Source of the DNA: an uncultured Clostridia bacterium
GTDB taxonomy: Bacteria > Bacillota > Clostridia > Oscillospirales > JAAYOS01
Assembly (NCBI GenBank): GCA_944387575.1
Contig: CALXFK010000064.1
Span: forward strand, 20,689 to 84,688
Reading direction: 5' to 3'
DNA: 64,000 nt
Shown piece after piece: positions 6,755 through 16,156 of this stretch (position 1 is its first letter; each line of letters begins with the position of its first letter). Both the position numbers and the translations under genes were made by a program. The notes under the pieces were generated by a model. That model worked only from the letters and a program-made list of their open reading frames with translations. It did not search any database and was not told where the DNA came from.

Positions 6755-7744
6755 ATGAAAGTTTTGGGACTCTCGTTTGGGCGAAAGGGAAAAAACTGCG
6801 ATATACTTGTCAAGGAGGCGCTTTTTGGGGCGCAGGCGAAGGGTGCGGAGATCTCGTTCATAAATATGATGAATCTGAAAATAGGGCACTGCACCGGCTG
6901 CGGCGCGTGTGATAAGCGCCGTGAAAACGGGGGTCCGTCCCGCTGCGTGATAAAGGACGACTTTCCGTTCGTTGAGGATGCGATCCTGGAGGCGGACGCG
7001 ATAGTTATAGCGGCTCCGGTGTATGTGCTTGCGCCGATAGGTCAGTACAAGAACCTTGTTGACCGTCTCGGACCGTCACATGACCGCAGCGTCATGGAGA
7101 AGGTCAACAAGGAGCGCATGGCTGCGGGAAAGACCGGCGACGAGCTGCTCGACCCGCGTCTGTTCAAGGACCGCTATATCGGGCTTATATCGGTCGGCGG
7201 AGCGCGCACCGAGAACTGGACGTCGATGGGTCTTTTCAATATGAGACTATTCGGATTCTCGATGCAGATGAGAATAATAGACGAGTACAACGCATACGGC
7301 ATGGGGGACGTTGTGAACCCGGTGCTGGACGATGCGCTCTGTGCGCGTATGAACCGCATGGGAGAGAACCTTGCGGGCGCGGTCGGGACGCCTTACGACG
7401 AGGTGGCGTGGTACGGCGACAAGCCGGGTATCTGCCCGCATTGTCACGGGAGCATGCTCGAGGTCAAGAGCGGCACCACCGTCGAGTGCCCGCTGTGTGG
7501 AATGGCGGGAGAGCTCACCATTGAGAATGGCGAGATAAATGTAAGTTTCAGCGAGTACCAGCAGGAGCATTCGCGTATGCGCTTTGGCGGCGTCGAGGAC
7601 CACCGAATAGAGCTTGCGAGCATTATGGAGCACGTCTTTGAGGTGCTCGACAAGGAGGGCGAGCGGCTGCCCGGACTGCTGAAAAAGTATGACGAGATAA
7701 AGGAGCTCGACCGGAGCAAATTTGTCGAGAATATGAAGCAGTGA
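6755..7744 (+). CDS. Iron-sulfur-flavoprotein-like NADPH-dependent FMN reductase with a C-terminal zinc-ribbon extension
   Basis: The flavodoxin-like N-terminus reads MKVLGLSFGRKGKN...AIVIAAPVY. A Cys cluster has the pattern C46-x2-C49-x2-C52-x11-C64. The C-terminal part carries C227PHC...x15...C246PLC. At 329 aa it is much longer than typical members of about 190 aa. Confidence 0.7.
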   Translation: MKVLGLSFGRKGKNCDILVKEALFGAQAKGAEISFINMMNLKIGHCTGCGACDKRRENGGPSRCVIKDDFPFVEDAILEADAIVIAAPVYVLAPIGQYKNLVDRLGPSHDRSVMEKVNKERMAAGKTGDELLDPRLFKDRYIGLISVGGARTENWTSMGLFNMRLFGFSMQMRIIDEYNAYGMGDVVNPVLDDALCARMNRMGENLAGAVGTPYDEVAWYGDKPGICPHCHGSMLEVKSGTTVECPLCGMAGELTIENGEINVSFSEYQQEHSRMRFGGVEDHRIELASIMEHVFEVLDKEGERLPGLLKKYDEIKELDRSKFVENMKQ

Positions 7745-7762
7745 GCGCATAAAATTACATAG

Positions 7763-7791
7763 AAAAAAGGACGCCGGAGGCGTCCTTTTTT
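7763..7791 (+). terminator. Rho-independent terminator
   Basis: The sequence is aaaaaaGGACGCCggaGGCGTCCtttttt. Confidence 0.75.
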
Positions 7792-7859
7792 GCAAGATAA
7801 GTTCAACATACGGATGAAAAACGTAAGGGGTGTGGCAGTTAAAGACACATTCCCTGCGT

Positions 7860-7898
7860 GACGGTCCCCACCATCTCGTGGTGGGGACCGTCATTTTC
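7860..7898. terminator. Strong hairpin, either a second/backup terminator or the htrA terminator
   Basis: The 14-bp stem is gacggtccccacca / tggtggggaccgtc with a 5-nt loop, followed by attttct on the + strand. It lies about 55 nt past the htrA-like stop on the opposite strand. Confidence 0.5.
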
Positions 7899-7948
7899 TA
7901 CTATCTATGATACTGTGAAATCTAACAAAGGAGGCTGTTAGGAAGTGA

Positions 7949-9664
7949 TCAATTCATTCCGGCGTCCATCTTATCGAGAACCGCCTCGTCGTCAAGGGTG
8001 AAGGTGATCTCGTGGTAGGTGCCGTTATTGGAGTCATCCACCCGGTAGAAGGTGAGCGAGATCTGCTCGCCTGCGGTGAAATCCTCCTTTGCGGAATTTA
8101 TCTCGTCGACCGAGTAAACGAGCTGACCGTTGAACTCGGTGATGATGTCGCCCGGACGGAGACCTGCAGCATATGCCGAGGAGTACGAGTTTATTCGCAT
8201 GACTATCACGCCGTAAGGTACGCCGTAGAGCTGGCGGACATACGAGTCGACGTTCTGTCCCTCTATGCCGAGAGCCGGACGTCCCTTGACGTAGCCGTAG
8301 GCTATCAGCTCATCGACTATCTCTTTTGCGGTGTTGGTGGGTATCGCGAAACCTAGACCCTCGACGGTGGTGGAGTAGTCCTGCATCTTGAGGGTGTTGA
8401 TACCGATGACCTGACCGTACTGATTGATGAGCGGTCCGCCGGAGTTGCCGCTGTTGATGGCGGCGTTGGTCTGGATGAGGGTCATGGTGCGCTCGTCAAC
8501 GACGACGTTGCGGTTTATTGCGGAAACGATACCATCGGTCACGGTGCCCATGAAGTCAAGACCTAGCGGGTTGCCTATTGCGACGACAAGCTCGCCGACA
8601 CGGAGCTCGTCAGAGTTTCCGAACTCTGCTGCGACCAGCTCAAGTCCGGTCGGGTCTATCTTGAGGACTGCGAGGTCGCTGCGCTCATCGCTGCCGACAA
8701 GCGTCGCCTCGACGGTGGTTTCGTCCATAAGCGTCACGACGATGTAGGTAGCGCCGTCGATGACGTGGCAGTTGGTGATTATATAGCCGTCGGTGGACAT
8801 GATGATGCCGGTGCCGACCGAGCTCACAGTGCCGTAGTATTGGCTATCGGTGGAGGCGGTGATGCCGACCACCGAGGGGGTGCACTTCTCCGCGATCTCC
8901 GGAATGGTGAGCACGCCGGAAGTGGTTGTGACACCGCCGGAGGCGAGCTCGGAAGAGGTGGGAGCATCGTGGATTTCAAGGGTCGGACCATCTGGATTTG
9001 CCGCGGTGTCGGACAGACCGGCGGATCCGTTGCCGGTGACGTCGTTTGCTTCCGGTTCGCTGTTATCAATGACCGGGGCGGACAACGAGTCGCGCGAGAC
9101 TATCGAGAACAGGGTGCCGCTGTCCCCGCTGACAAAGGTGTACTGTGAGAAGAACACACCGCACGCGCCGCCGAGCACCGCAATAGTAAGCACCGCTGCG
9201 AGAATACGTCTGCCAATCTTTTTGCGACGGCGCGGTTTCTGGGGCTCTTCACCGCCGCTCCTGCCGTAGCTTGGAGAGGGGGTGTGGGACCACGCGCCGT
9301 TTGCGTTTGAATACTGATGAGTGCCGCTTTCCTGCGAATGGTAAGAACCGGAAATGTACCCCGACCCTGTCGGCGGATTATAGCCGGTGGGAGGGGCGTA
9401 ACCGGTGGGCGGCGTATAACCGGTGTGCTGACTGCCTGAGGAGGACTGAGTAACCCCTGTCTGCTGTGCGCCATTAAAAGACTGTTCCTGCGAGGTCTGT
9501 TGCGATGTGTCGCCGTAGACCGGGGAGGAGGCGGAGACGTCTGAGTTTGCCGCGGACTCCTCAGCGCCGCTAGCGACTGGGTCATTTGCCGTGCTGCCGG
9601 GGTCTTCGGTAAATCCGTTGCTTGCGCTGTTTATATTTTCATCATAATATGACATACGGGTCAC
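7949..9664 (-). CDS. htrA: HtrA/DegP-family serine protease (trypsin-like S1C plus PDZ) with a low-complexity N-terminal tail and one TM segment
   Basis: The catalytic triad context is TNCHVI, SDLAVLK and GNSGGPL. The C-terminal PDZ-like region reads GLRPGDIITEFNG. The TM segment is RRILAAVLTIAVLGGACGVFF. Confidence 0.85.
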   Translation of the reverse strand: MTRMSYYDENINSASNGFTEDPGSTANDPVASGAEESAANSDVSASSPVYGDTSQQTSQEQSFNGAQQTGVTQSSSGSQHTGYTPPTGYAPPTGYNPPTGSGYISGSYHSQESGTHQYSNANGAWSHTPSPSYGRSGGEEPQKPRRRKKIGRRILAAVLTIAVLGGACGVFFSQYTFVSGDSGTLFSIVSRDSLSAPVIDNSEPEANDVTGNGSAGLSDTAANPDGPTLEIHDAPTSSELASGGVTTTSGVLTIPEIAEKCTPSVVGITASTDSQYYGTVSSVGTGIIMSTDGYIITNCHVIDGATYIVVTLMDETTVEATLVGSDERSDLAVLKIDPTGLELVAAEFGNSDELRVGELVVAIGNPLGLDFMGTVTDGIVSAINRNVVVDERTMTLIQTNAAINSGNSGGPLINQYGQVIGINTLKMQDYSTTVEGLGFAIPTNTAKEIVDELIAYGYVKGRPALGIEGQNVDSYVRQLYGVPYGVIVMRINSYSSAYAAGLRPGDIITEFNGQLVYSVDEINSAKEDFTAGEQISLTFYRVDDSNNGTYHEITFTLDDEAVLDKMDAGMN

Positions 9665-9795
9665 TCCTTATCGGTTATGGATTAGGTTCGAGGGGAACCG
9701 TTCTTATCGATTACATTTGAGAGTATAGCCGGTACATTTGTGCAAAAAATAAACTCGATGTAAATAAAAAATGAACGAGGCGCCGCTCACACCGC

Positions 9796-10251
9796 TCAAA
9801 CCTCGTGCATTTTGCGTTGGGCGACAGCAAGTGCGTCGCAGCGCTCGTTATAGCTGTTGCCTGCGTGACCGCGCACCCACACGAATCGGACCGAGAACCG
9901 CTCCACAAGCGGAATAAGCCGCTCCCAGAGTTCGCGATTGAGAACAGGCTCGCGTTTGCTGGTCTTCCAACCGTTTGAACGCCAATTGTCTACCCAGTGC
10001 TTTGAGAAGGCGTCGGCGAGATAGCGTGAGTCGGTATATATTGTGACCAGAGCAGGCTTTTTTATTGCTTCCAGCCCGTTAATTGCAGCGAGCAGCTCCA
10101 TACGGTTATTGGTAGTGAGTGCTTCGCCGCCGGAGAGCTCTCGCTCTAGCCCGAGCTGCTCGCACACTAGGATAGCTGCCCAGCCCCCCGGACCGGGGTT
10201 TCCAGAACACGCACCGTCGGTGTGGAGGTCTATTTTGTAAGTGGCGTTCAT
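9796..10251 (-). CDS. rnhA: Ribonuclease HI
   Basis: Motifs are LHTDGACSGNPGPGGWAAIL, TNNRMEL, IYTDSRY and WVRGHAGNSYNERCDALA. Confidence 0.9.
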   Translation of the reverse strand: MNATYKIDLHTDGACSGNPGPGGWAAILVCEQLGLERELSGGEALTTNNRMELLAAINGLEAIKKPALVTIYTDSRYLADAFSKHWVDNWRSNGWKTSKREPVLNRELWERLIPLVERFSVRFVWVRGHAGNSYNERCDALAVAQRKMHEV

Positions 10252-10278
10252 TTCACGTCCTCCGAAATTTAAACTACA

Positions 10279-11208
10279 TTACATTACAAGTCCACGCACA
10301 AGCACCATCAGAGGGATAGTCGCGACGCTGAGAACGGTGGAAACGGTCACGAGACCTGCGCCGGTGCGCTCCGCTTCGTCCATCCCGAAAAGTCCGGGCA
10401 GCAGCGACGATGTTGCAGCACAGGGGCAAGCCACAACGAGAAATGAGCTCAGCGAAACCGTTTCCCCTGCCCCGAACAAGGCGAATACTGGCAGCATGAC
10501 AAGACAGGTGAGTACCAGCTTTATCGCGCATACCAGATATGTATTCAGACTGCGCAGGTATTTTGTGACCGGAGTGCGCGCGACCGACGTGCCTATGACT
10601 ATCATCGCAAGAGGCGTGTTCAGGGAGGAGACATAGTCGAGCGTTATCGATATTGGGGAGGGCAGCGTGAACGGCATTGCGAAGAGCACTAGCCCTGCTA
10701 TGCAGCCTATCGAGCCGGGGTTTAGGATGAGACGGCGAACAAGTCCGCGTCCCTCGAAGCTCCCGGTGAGAATCATACGCCCGACGGTCCACTGGTATAC
10801 GTTGAGCATGAGGATTCCGCAGGAAGCATAAATAACGCCCTCCGGTCCAACAAGCGCACTGACGAGAGGTATACCCATAAACCCGCAGTTCGACGCGACC
10901 GAGGCAAATCGCTCCGCGCGGACGGTCTGGCTATTTCCACGTAAAATCAGGAATGCAAGAGCTATTCCGAGTATATGTGCTATACCGGAGAAGAGAAGTC
11001 CGAGCCCGATGTTACCGAGCAGCTCTGCGCTGAACGGGCGGTTGTAGCTCGAGACAATGACTGCCACCGTTACAACCGTCAGAAGGATCCTGTTTAGCTG
11101 GGCGCAGGTCGCGTCACTTAGCATCCTGAGTTTATATAGGGTAAAGCCGATAGCCATCAGCATCAGCATTATTAGCACCTGTTCACCTGCGATCAGTGCG
11201 GTTTCCAT
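10279..11208 (-). CDS. AEC (auxin efflux carrier) family transporter
   Basis: A polytopic membrane protein with an AEC-like repeated topology. I chose the ATG at 11208 (AGGTGA RBS) instead of the track start at 11268. Confidence 0.75.
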   Translation of the reverse strand: METALIAGEQVLIMLMLMAIGFTLYKLRMLSDATCAQLNRILLTVVTVAVIVSSYNRPFSAELLGNIGLGLLFSGIAHILGIALAFLILRGNSQTVRAERFASVASNCGFMGIPLVSALVGPEGVIYASCGILMLNVYQWTVGRMILTGSFEGRGLVRRLILNPGSIGCIAGLVLFAMPFTLPSPISITLDYVSSLNTPLAMIVIGTSVARTPVTKYLRSLNTYLVCAIKLVLTCLVMLPVFALFGAGETVSLSSFLVVACPCAATSSLLPGLFGMDEAERTGAGLVTVSTVLSVATIPLMVLVRGLVM

Positions 11209-11362
11209 TTGATCACCTGTTTCGTAGTTTGTACATCTCACGCACGATTTTATATCACCAGCCCGCAATATGCAAGATGATTATTCACATTGTGCGGGGG
11301 ACGTGGTAAAATGATAAACGTATTCTTCTGTATTTTGGACGTACGGACAAGGAGGGCGCAAC

Positions 11363-12142
11363 ATGCTTGTTATGGCGATAGGCGACGTAGTAGGCGAGGG
11401 AGGAGTGAAACTCCTCTGCCGTGTGCTGCCGGCGTTCAGGAGGCTGCGCGCGATAGATTTCGTGATCTGTAACGGAGAGAACGCTGCGGGGCTCGGGATA
11501 CTTCCCCAGCAGGCGGAGGCGATGTACGCCGCGGGGGTGGATGTGATAACGCTGGGAAACCACTCGTACTCCCGCAGAGAGGCGAGACAGATGATAGAAG
11601 ACGACAGGTACATTCTCCGCCCTGCGAACTTCACCGCGCGCAATCCGGGGCGCGGTTTCGGCGTGTACGACGCGCCGCGCGGGCGGCGTGTTGCGGTGAT
11701 GAACCTGATGGGGAGACTCTTCATGGACTCGAACCTCGAAAACCCGTTTCACACCGCTGACCGGCTGCTGCGCGAGACGGAGGAGAAGGCGGACTTCACG
11801 CTCATCGATATGCACGCGGAGGCGACAAGCGAGAAGCTGGCCCTCGCGTACTACCTCGACGGGCGAGTATCGGCGGTGTACGGCACGCACACCCATGTGC
11901 CCACCGCAGACGAGAGGGTACTGCCTGGCGGCACCGGGTATATCACCGACCTCGGTATGACAGGCGCGGTAAACTCTGTTCTCGGAATGGCTCCGCAGAG
12001 CTCAATAGACCGATTTCTCGGAGTTCAGGGAGGGAGGCAGCGCGCCGCGGAGGGCGAGTGCGAGCTTCAGGGAGCGATGTTTTCACTCGACGAGAAAACC
12101 GGACTCTGCGTATCGGTGGAAAGATTGGCTCTTAGGGCATAA
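11363..12142 (+). CDS. ymdB: YmdB-like metallophosphoesterase (TIGR00282-type 2',3'-cyclic-nucleotide phosphodiesterase)
   Basis: Motifs are IGDVVGEGG, FVICNGENAAGG-like, ITLGNH and DMHAEATSEK. Confidence 0.85.
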   Translation: MLVMAIGDVVGEGGVKLLCRVLPAFRRLRAIDFVICNGENAAGLGILPQQAEAMYAAGVDVITLGNHSYSRREARQMIEDDRYILRPANFTARNPGRGFGVYDAPRGRRVAVMNLMGRLFMDSNLENPFHTADRLLRETEEKADFTLIDMHAEATSEKLALAYYLDGRVSAVYGTHTHVPTADERVLPGGTGYITDLGMTGAVNSVLGMAPQSSIDRFLGVQGGRQRAAEGECELQGAMFSLDEKTGLCVSVERLALRA

Positions 12143-12147
12143 AGCGG

Positions 12148-12176
12148 TTGACCTCGCTTTTCAGCTGTGATAAAAT
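12148..12176 (+). promoter_or_regulatory. Sigma-A-type promoter for darA-holB
   Basis: The elements are TTGACC (12148..12153), a 17-bp spacer and TGaTAAAAT (extended -10, TAAAAT at 12171..12176). Confidence 0.55.
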
Positions 12177-12238
12177 ATTAGTACAAAAGCAACCCCTGCG
12201 GCGTAGCCGTATGCTGCTGTATGTAAGGAGGAGACGGT

Positions 12239-12565
12239 ATGAAACTTATTCTTGCGATCATAAATCATGACGACTCGCAGAAGGTCATACGCGGAATGAC
12301 GCAGAACGGATTCTCGGTTACAAAGCTTGCCACTACCGGCGGTTTCCTTATGAGTGGGAACACAACGATAATTGCGGGTGTGGATGAGGCGCGCGTGGAT
12401 GAGGCGATTGGCATAATTCGCGATATGTCGCACAGCCGCACGCAGCTCGTCCCGGTGATGACCGGGATGGAAATCGGGGGGATGTTCTCCACCATGCCAA
12501 CGGAGGTTATGGTCGGAGGCGCCACAATATTTGTGGTGGACGTGGATCGCTTTGAGAAGGTCTGA
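12239..12565 (+). CDS. darA: PII-like cyclic-di-AMP receptor protein (YaaQ/DarA family)
   Basis: MKLILAIINHDDSQKVIRGMTQNGFSVTKLATTGGFLMSGNTTIIAGV closely parallels B. subtilis YaaQ as I remember it. It ends with GGATIFVVDVDRFEKV. Confidence 0.85.
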   Translation: MKLILAIINHDDSQKVIRGMTQNGFSVTKLATTGGFLMSGNTTIIAGVDEARVDEAIGIIRDMSHSRTQLVPVMTGMEIGGMFSTMPTEVMVGGATIFVVDVDRFEKV

Positions 12566-12590
12566 TCCTTGTTAAAGGACGGGGACTATT

Positions 12591-13472
12591 TTGAGTATAA
12601 ATGATTTTATGAAGGCGAAGGGCGGGGCGATAAGCGCCGCCCTTGCCGTACGTCTCGATTCTGCGGTGTCGGGGCGCTTTTTTCATGCTGCGATAATTTC
12701 CGGCGGGAGCGAGGCGCAGCGTGAACTTGTGTCGGAGGCGCTGTCGGCTGCCGCAGTCTGCCTTGCGCAGAGCGGACGCCCGTGTATGAGCTGCGCCGGC
12801 TGCCGCAAGGCGGAGGAGGGGATCCACCCCGATATACTGCACCTGCGTGTGCCGGACGGGAAGAGTACCATCCCGGTAAATTCGGTGCGTGATTCGCTCC
12901 GTGAGTTGGCGCTCAAGCCGGGGGAAGCTCCGCGCCGCGCGCTTGTGATACACTCCGCTGAGCTTCTCGGCGTACCCGGGCAGAACGTGCTGCTCGCAAC
13001 GCTTGAAGAACCACCGGGCGACGTGCTGTTCCTGCTTCTCGCCGAAAACGAGCGCGCGCTACTCGAGACGGTGCGCTCGAGGTGCGCGATACTGCGGCTG
13101 GGCGCAGCGGAGCAGAAAGGCGGGGATGAGCTCCCGAATCAGGCGCGCGAGATACTTTCGGCGTACAGAGCGCTCATAAACTCGCGGGGAACTCGCGGTC
13201 GTGCGGAGGGACGGTGCGAGCTTTTGGCGGCGGTTTACCGGCTGAATAAACTGAAAGGATCTCAGATAATCGAGATAGCCTCGGCGCTCCGGAGGGAGTG
13301 CGTCAGGGAGATGGTCGAGGCGGAGCGTTTGGGCAGAGACGCGCGTGCGTTTGCGGGGATGGAACGCGCGGCGGCGGAGGCGATAGAGCTGGCGGGTTCG
13401 AACGTGAACGCGGGGCATATCGGTGGACGGCTCACGGCGGCACTGATAGAAGCTGCGGACAGGTTTTCCTGA
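12591..13472 (+). CDS. holB: DNA polymerase III delta' subunit
   Basis: The Zn-module-like sequence is CMSCAGCRKAEEGIHPD. NVLLATLEEPP and TVRSRC (sensor) motifs are present. TTG start. Confidence 0.8.
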   Translation: MSINDFMKAKGGAISAALAVRLDSAVSGRFFHAAIISGGSEAQRELVSEALSAAAVCLAQSGRPCMSCAGCRKAEEGIHPDILHLRVPDGKSTIPVNSVRDSLRELALKPGEAPRRALVIHSAELLGVPGQNVLLATLEEPPGDVLFLLLAENERALLETVRSRCAILRLGAAEQKGGDELPNQAREILSAYRALINSRGTRGRAEGRCELLAAVYRLNKLKGSQIIEIASALRRECVREMVEAERLGRDARAFAGMERAAAEAIELAGSNVNAGHIGGRLTAALIEAADRFS

Positions 13473-13493
13473 GTTTATGGGAGGACGCGGACC

Positions 13494-14432
13494 ATGAGTG
13501 ACCTGATTTTCTGCATAAATGCGGTGCTACCCATCTTCCTTGTCGTGTTTTTCGGGTACTTCCTCGGTAGGAGGGGTTTGCTCGACCCGGTCACCGCCGG
13601 AAAGATGAACACCCTATGTTTCAAATGGGCTCTCCCTGTGCTTCTTTTCTGCGACCTTGTGGATGCAGATTTCGGCTCATTTGCCGACCCGAAGCTGCTG
13701 ATATTCGTCGCGGTCTCGGTCTGCGTCACCTTTGCGCTCGTGTGGGCGATAAGTGCGCTGTTCATCCGCGACAGGAAGAAGCTCGGGTCGTTTGCACAGG
13801 TGGGCTACCGCTCAAACTATGTGATACTCGGTATCACGCTTATACGCAATGTCTACGGGGACAGCGAGGCGGTCGCGGTCGCGTCGGTTGTCACCGCGGT
13901 CGCGGTGCCAATGTTCAACATGTTCGCGGTCATACTGCTCTCCTTCTGCGGAGGGACGGGAAAGCGTGGGTTCTTGTCAACGGTGGCGGGGGTCGCGAAA
14001 AACCCGCTGATAATCGGCGCGGTGCTCGGACTTATTGTTTCCGCGCTTCCGTTCGAGATACCTGTCGCTTTGCGCAAGGGGCTTGACTACATAGGCGGGA
14101 TGGCAAGTCCGATCGCGTTTCTCGTGATAGGGGCGCGGATAGAACTGCGCGGGATATTCAGCAAGCTGTCGCTCTGGGTGGCGGCGGTGCGACTGGTTAT
14201 AGTGCCGCTCGTGGGTATAAGCGTTGCGGTCGCGCTCGGATTCAGGGACGCGGAACTGATGTCACTCATGGTGATGTTCGCAGCGCCTGCTGCGGTGTCG
14301 AGCTACGCGATGGCGACGAATATGGGCTGCGACGAAAAGCTCGCCGCCGACGGCGTATTCGTGACGACCCTGTTTTCGGTGGTCACTATCACGATGTGGC
14401 TGTTTGTGCTGCGGTCACTTTCTCTGATTTAG
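13494..14432 (+). CDS. AEC family transporter (second, divergent paralogue)
   Basis: A 312-aa polytopic membrane protein with AEC-like N- and C-terminal halves. Confidence 0.75.
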   Translation: MSDLIFCINAVLPIFLVVFFGYFLGRRGLLDPVTAGKMNTLCFKWALPVLLFCDLVDADFGSFADPKLLIFVAVSVCVTFALVWAISALFIRDRKKLGSFAQVGYRSNYVILGITLIRNVYGDSEAVAVASVVTAVAVPMFNMFAVILLSFCGGTGKRGFLSTVAGVAKNPLIIGAVLGLIVSALPFEIPVALRKGLDYIGGMASPIAFLVIGARIELRGIFSKLSLWVAAVRLVIVPLVGISVAVALGFRDAELMSLMVMFAAPAAVSSYAMATNMGCDEKLAADGVFVTTLFSVVTITMWLFVLRSLSLI

Positions 14433-14552
14433 GTGGTCGGCGCTTTACACTTTACAATTTAATGAAAATGTAGTATTTTTATGAAAACAATACCATGCGC
14501 CCGGTCTCCGATAAAATGGGCGGTTTGAGATCTGAGAGGGGAGAATAATGAC

Positions 14553-15371
14553 ATGAAAAAGTACAAAAGACTTACGGCGATGCTTATCTCGGTGATATTT
14601 GCGATGGCGCTCTTTGCGGGCTGCTCCGACAAGGAGAGCGGGGACGTGCTGGTGGTCGGCATGGAGGTGTCGAGCGACGGCGTTTTCGAGGCTCGTGACA
14701 TGAACGGGGACCCCTGGGGGGTGAGCGTTCAGCTCGCAAATGATTTCGGGGAGTACCTCGGGCGGGAGGTGCGAATAGAGAATATCGCATGGGATGGGCT
14801 CATCCCCGCGCTCGAGACAGGGAAGATAGACATGATACTCTCCTCGATGACGATAACCGAGGAGCGCGCAGAGAAGGTGGACTTCTCCGAGCCGTATGCG
14901 CTTGCTTATCTCGCGGTGCTTGCGGGGAAGGACAGCGGCATAGAGTCGGTGGACGACCTGAACAGCGCCGACCGGTCGGTCGCGGTCGCGACCGGGTCGA
15001 CCGGGTACTACTACGCGCAGGAGAATCTGCCGGAGGCGACCCTTCTTGCACTCGGCGACGCCGGCGCCTGTATAACCGAGGTCATACAGGGCAAGGCGGA
15101 CGCATTCATCCGCGACCAGCTCTCGATATACCGTGCAAACCAGCAGAATCCTGACACGACCGTAGCAATACTGATACCGTTCCAGGATGCGGAGCCGTGG
15201 GGTGCCGCGTTCAAGAAGGGGGACACAGAGCTTTGCGACCAGTTCAATGCGTTCCTGGAGGAGTACGAGGCGGACGGCGGTTATGACCGCCTGACCGAGG
15301 ACTACATGGCGGAGTACAAGACCGCGTTCGACGAGCTTGGATTCAAGTGGTTTTTCGACTTTGAGGACTGA
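14553..15371 (+). CDS. Amino-acid ABC transporter substrate-binding lipoprotein
   Basis: The lipobox is LFAGCSD. The fold is SBP_bac_3-like, with WDGLIPALETGKIDMILSSMTITEER. Confidence 0.85.
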   Translation: MKKYKRLTAMLISVIFAMALFAGCSDKESGDVLVVGMEVSSDGVFEARDMNGDPWGVSVQLANDFGEYLGREVRIENIAWDGLIPALETGKIDMILSSMTITEERAEKVDFSEPYALAYLAVLAGKDSGIESVDDLNSADRSVAVATGSTGYYYAQENLPEATLLALGDAGACITEVIQGKADAFIRDQLSIYRANQQNPDTTVAILIPFQDAEPWGAAFKKGDTELCDQFNAFLEEYEADGGYDRLTEDYMAEYKTAFDELGFKWFFDFED

Positions 15372-15379
15372 GGCTGACG

Positions 15380-16156
15380 ATGGCTCTTTTTGTACAGAAA
15401 GATGGGCGAAAGCCCTCCCCGTTTGCCGCGGCGCTGAATATTGTGCTAGTGTGTGCGGTGGTGACCGCGGTGTTCTGGCTCTCGCTTGCCATCATCGACA
15501 TCAGGTTTGACTTCAGTTTTCTGCCAGATTACCGGAAGTGGGTGCTCCGCGGGTTTGGAACGACTGTCGGGGTGAGCGTGATGAGCCTAGTACTCAGTCT
15601 GCTTATCGGAGTGCTTGCGGCGGTGGGTGGTTCGAGTAGGGTGCTGTTTTTGCGCTACCTCTGCCGCGGATACGTGACCGTGATACGTGGAACGCCACTC
15701 ATCACGCAGATATACCTATTTTATTATATAATTGGTACCGCATGGGGGATAGAGAGCAGGTTGCTCTCCGGTGCGCTCATCCTGTCGGTGTTCGAGGGTG
15801 CGTACATATGCGAGATAATCCGGGGCAGCTATCTTTCCATCGACGAGACTCAGCTCGAGGCGGCGCGTGCGGTCGGGTTTAACCGCAGTCAGACCGCGAA
15901 GTATGTAATTCTTCCGCAGATGATAGCGCGGACGGTACCGGCGCTTGCGGGGCAGTTCGCGTCGATAATCAAGGACTCGTCGCTTCTATCAATGATAGCC
16001 GTGGTGGAGCTTTCTCAGGCGTTTCGTGAGATAAGTACCTCGACGTTTCACCTCTTTGAGGCGTATTTCACGCTCGGCGCGATATATCTCTGCCTCACTC
16101 TGCCAATTAGTTTCGCGAGCAAGCGCCTTGAGAGGAGGTTCTACTATGAGAATTGA
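15380..16156 (+). CDS. Amino-acid ABC transporter permease (HisMQ type)
   Basis: Motifs are VIRGTPLITQIY and an EAA-like loop, EAARAVGFNRSQT. Confidence 0.85.
   Translation: MALFVQKDGRKPSPFAAALNIVLVCAVVTAVFWLSLAIIDIRFDFSFLPDYRKWVLRGFGTTVGVSVMSLVLSLLIGVLAAVGGSSRVLFLRYLCRGYVTVIRGTPLITQIYLFYYIIGTAWGIESRLLSGALILSVFEGAYICEIIRGSYLSIDETQLEAARAVGFNRSQTAKYVILPQMIARTVPALAGQFASIIKDSSLLSMIAVVELSQAFREISTSTFHLFEAYFTLGAIYLCLTLPISFASKRLERRFYYEN

Noticed and set aside
7792-7898. A possible small RNA between the two tandem hairpins downstream of the flavoprotein gene.
   Set aside because: No convincing promoter precedes it. The second hairpin is adequately explained as a backup terminator or as the terminator of the convergent htrA-like gene.
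10279-14432. Two AEC-family transporter genes flanking ymdB-darA-holB, considered as a possible duplicated or inverted mobile cassette.
   Set aside because: The two proteins are highly divergent at the sequence level. No flanking repeats are present, and the intervening genes are conserved housekeeping genes.
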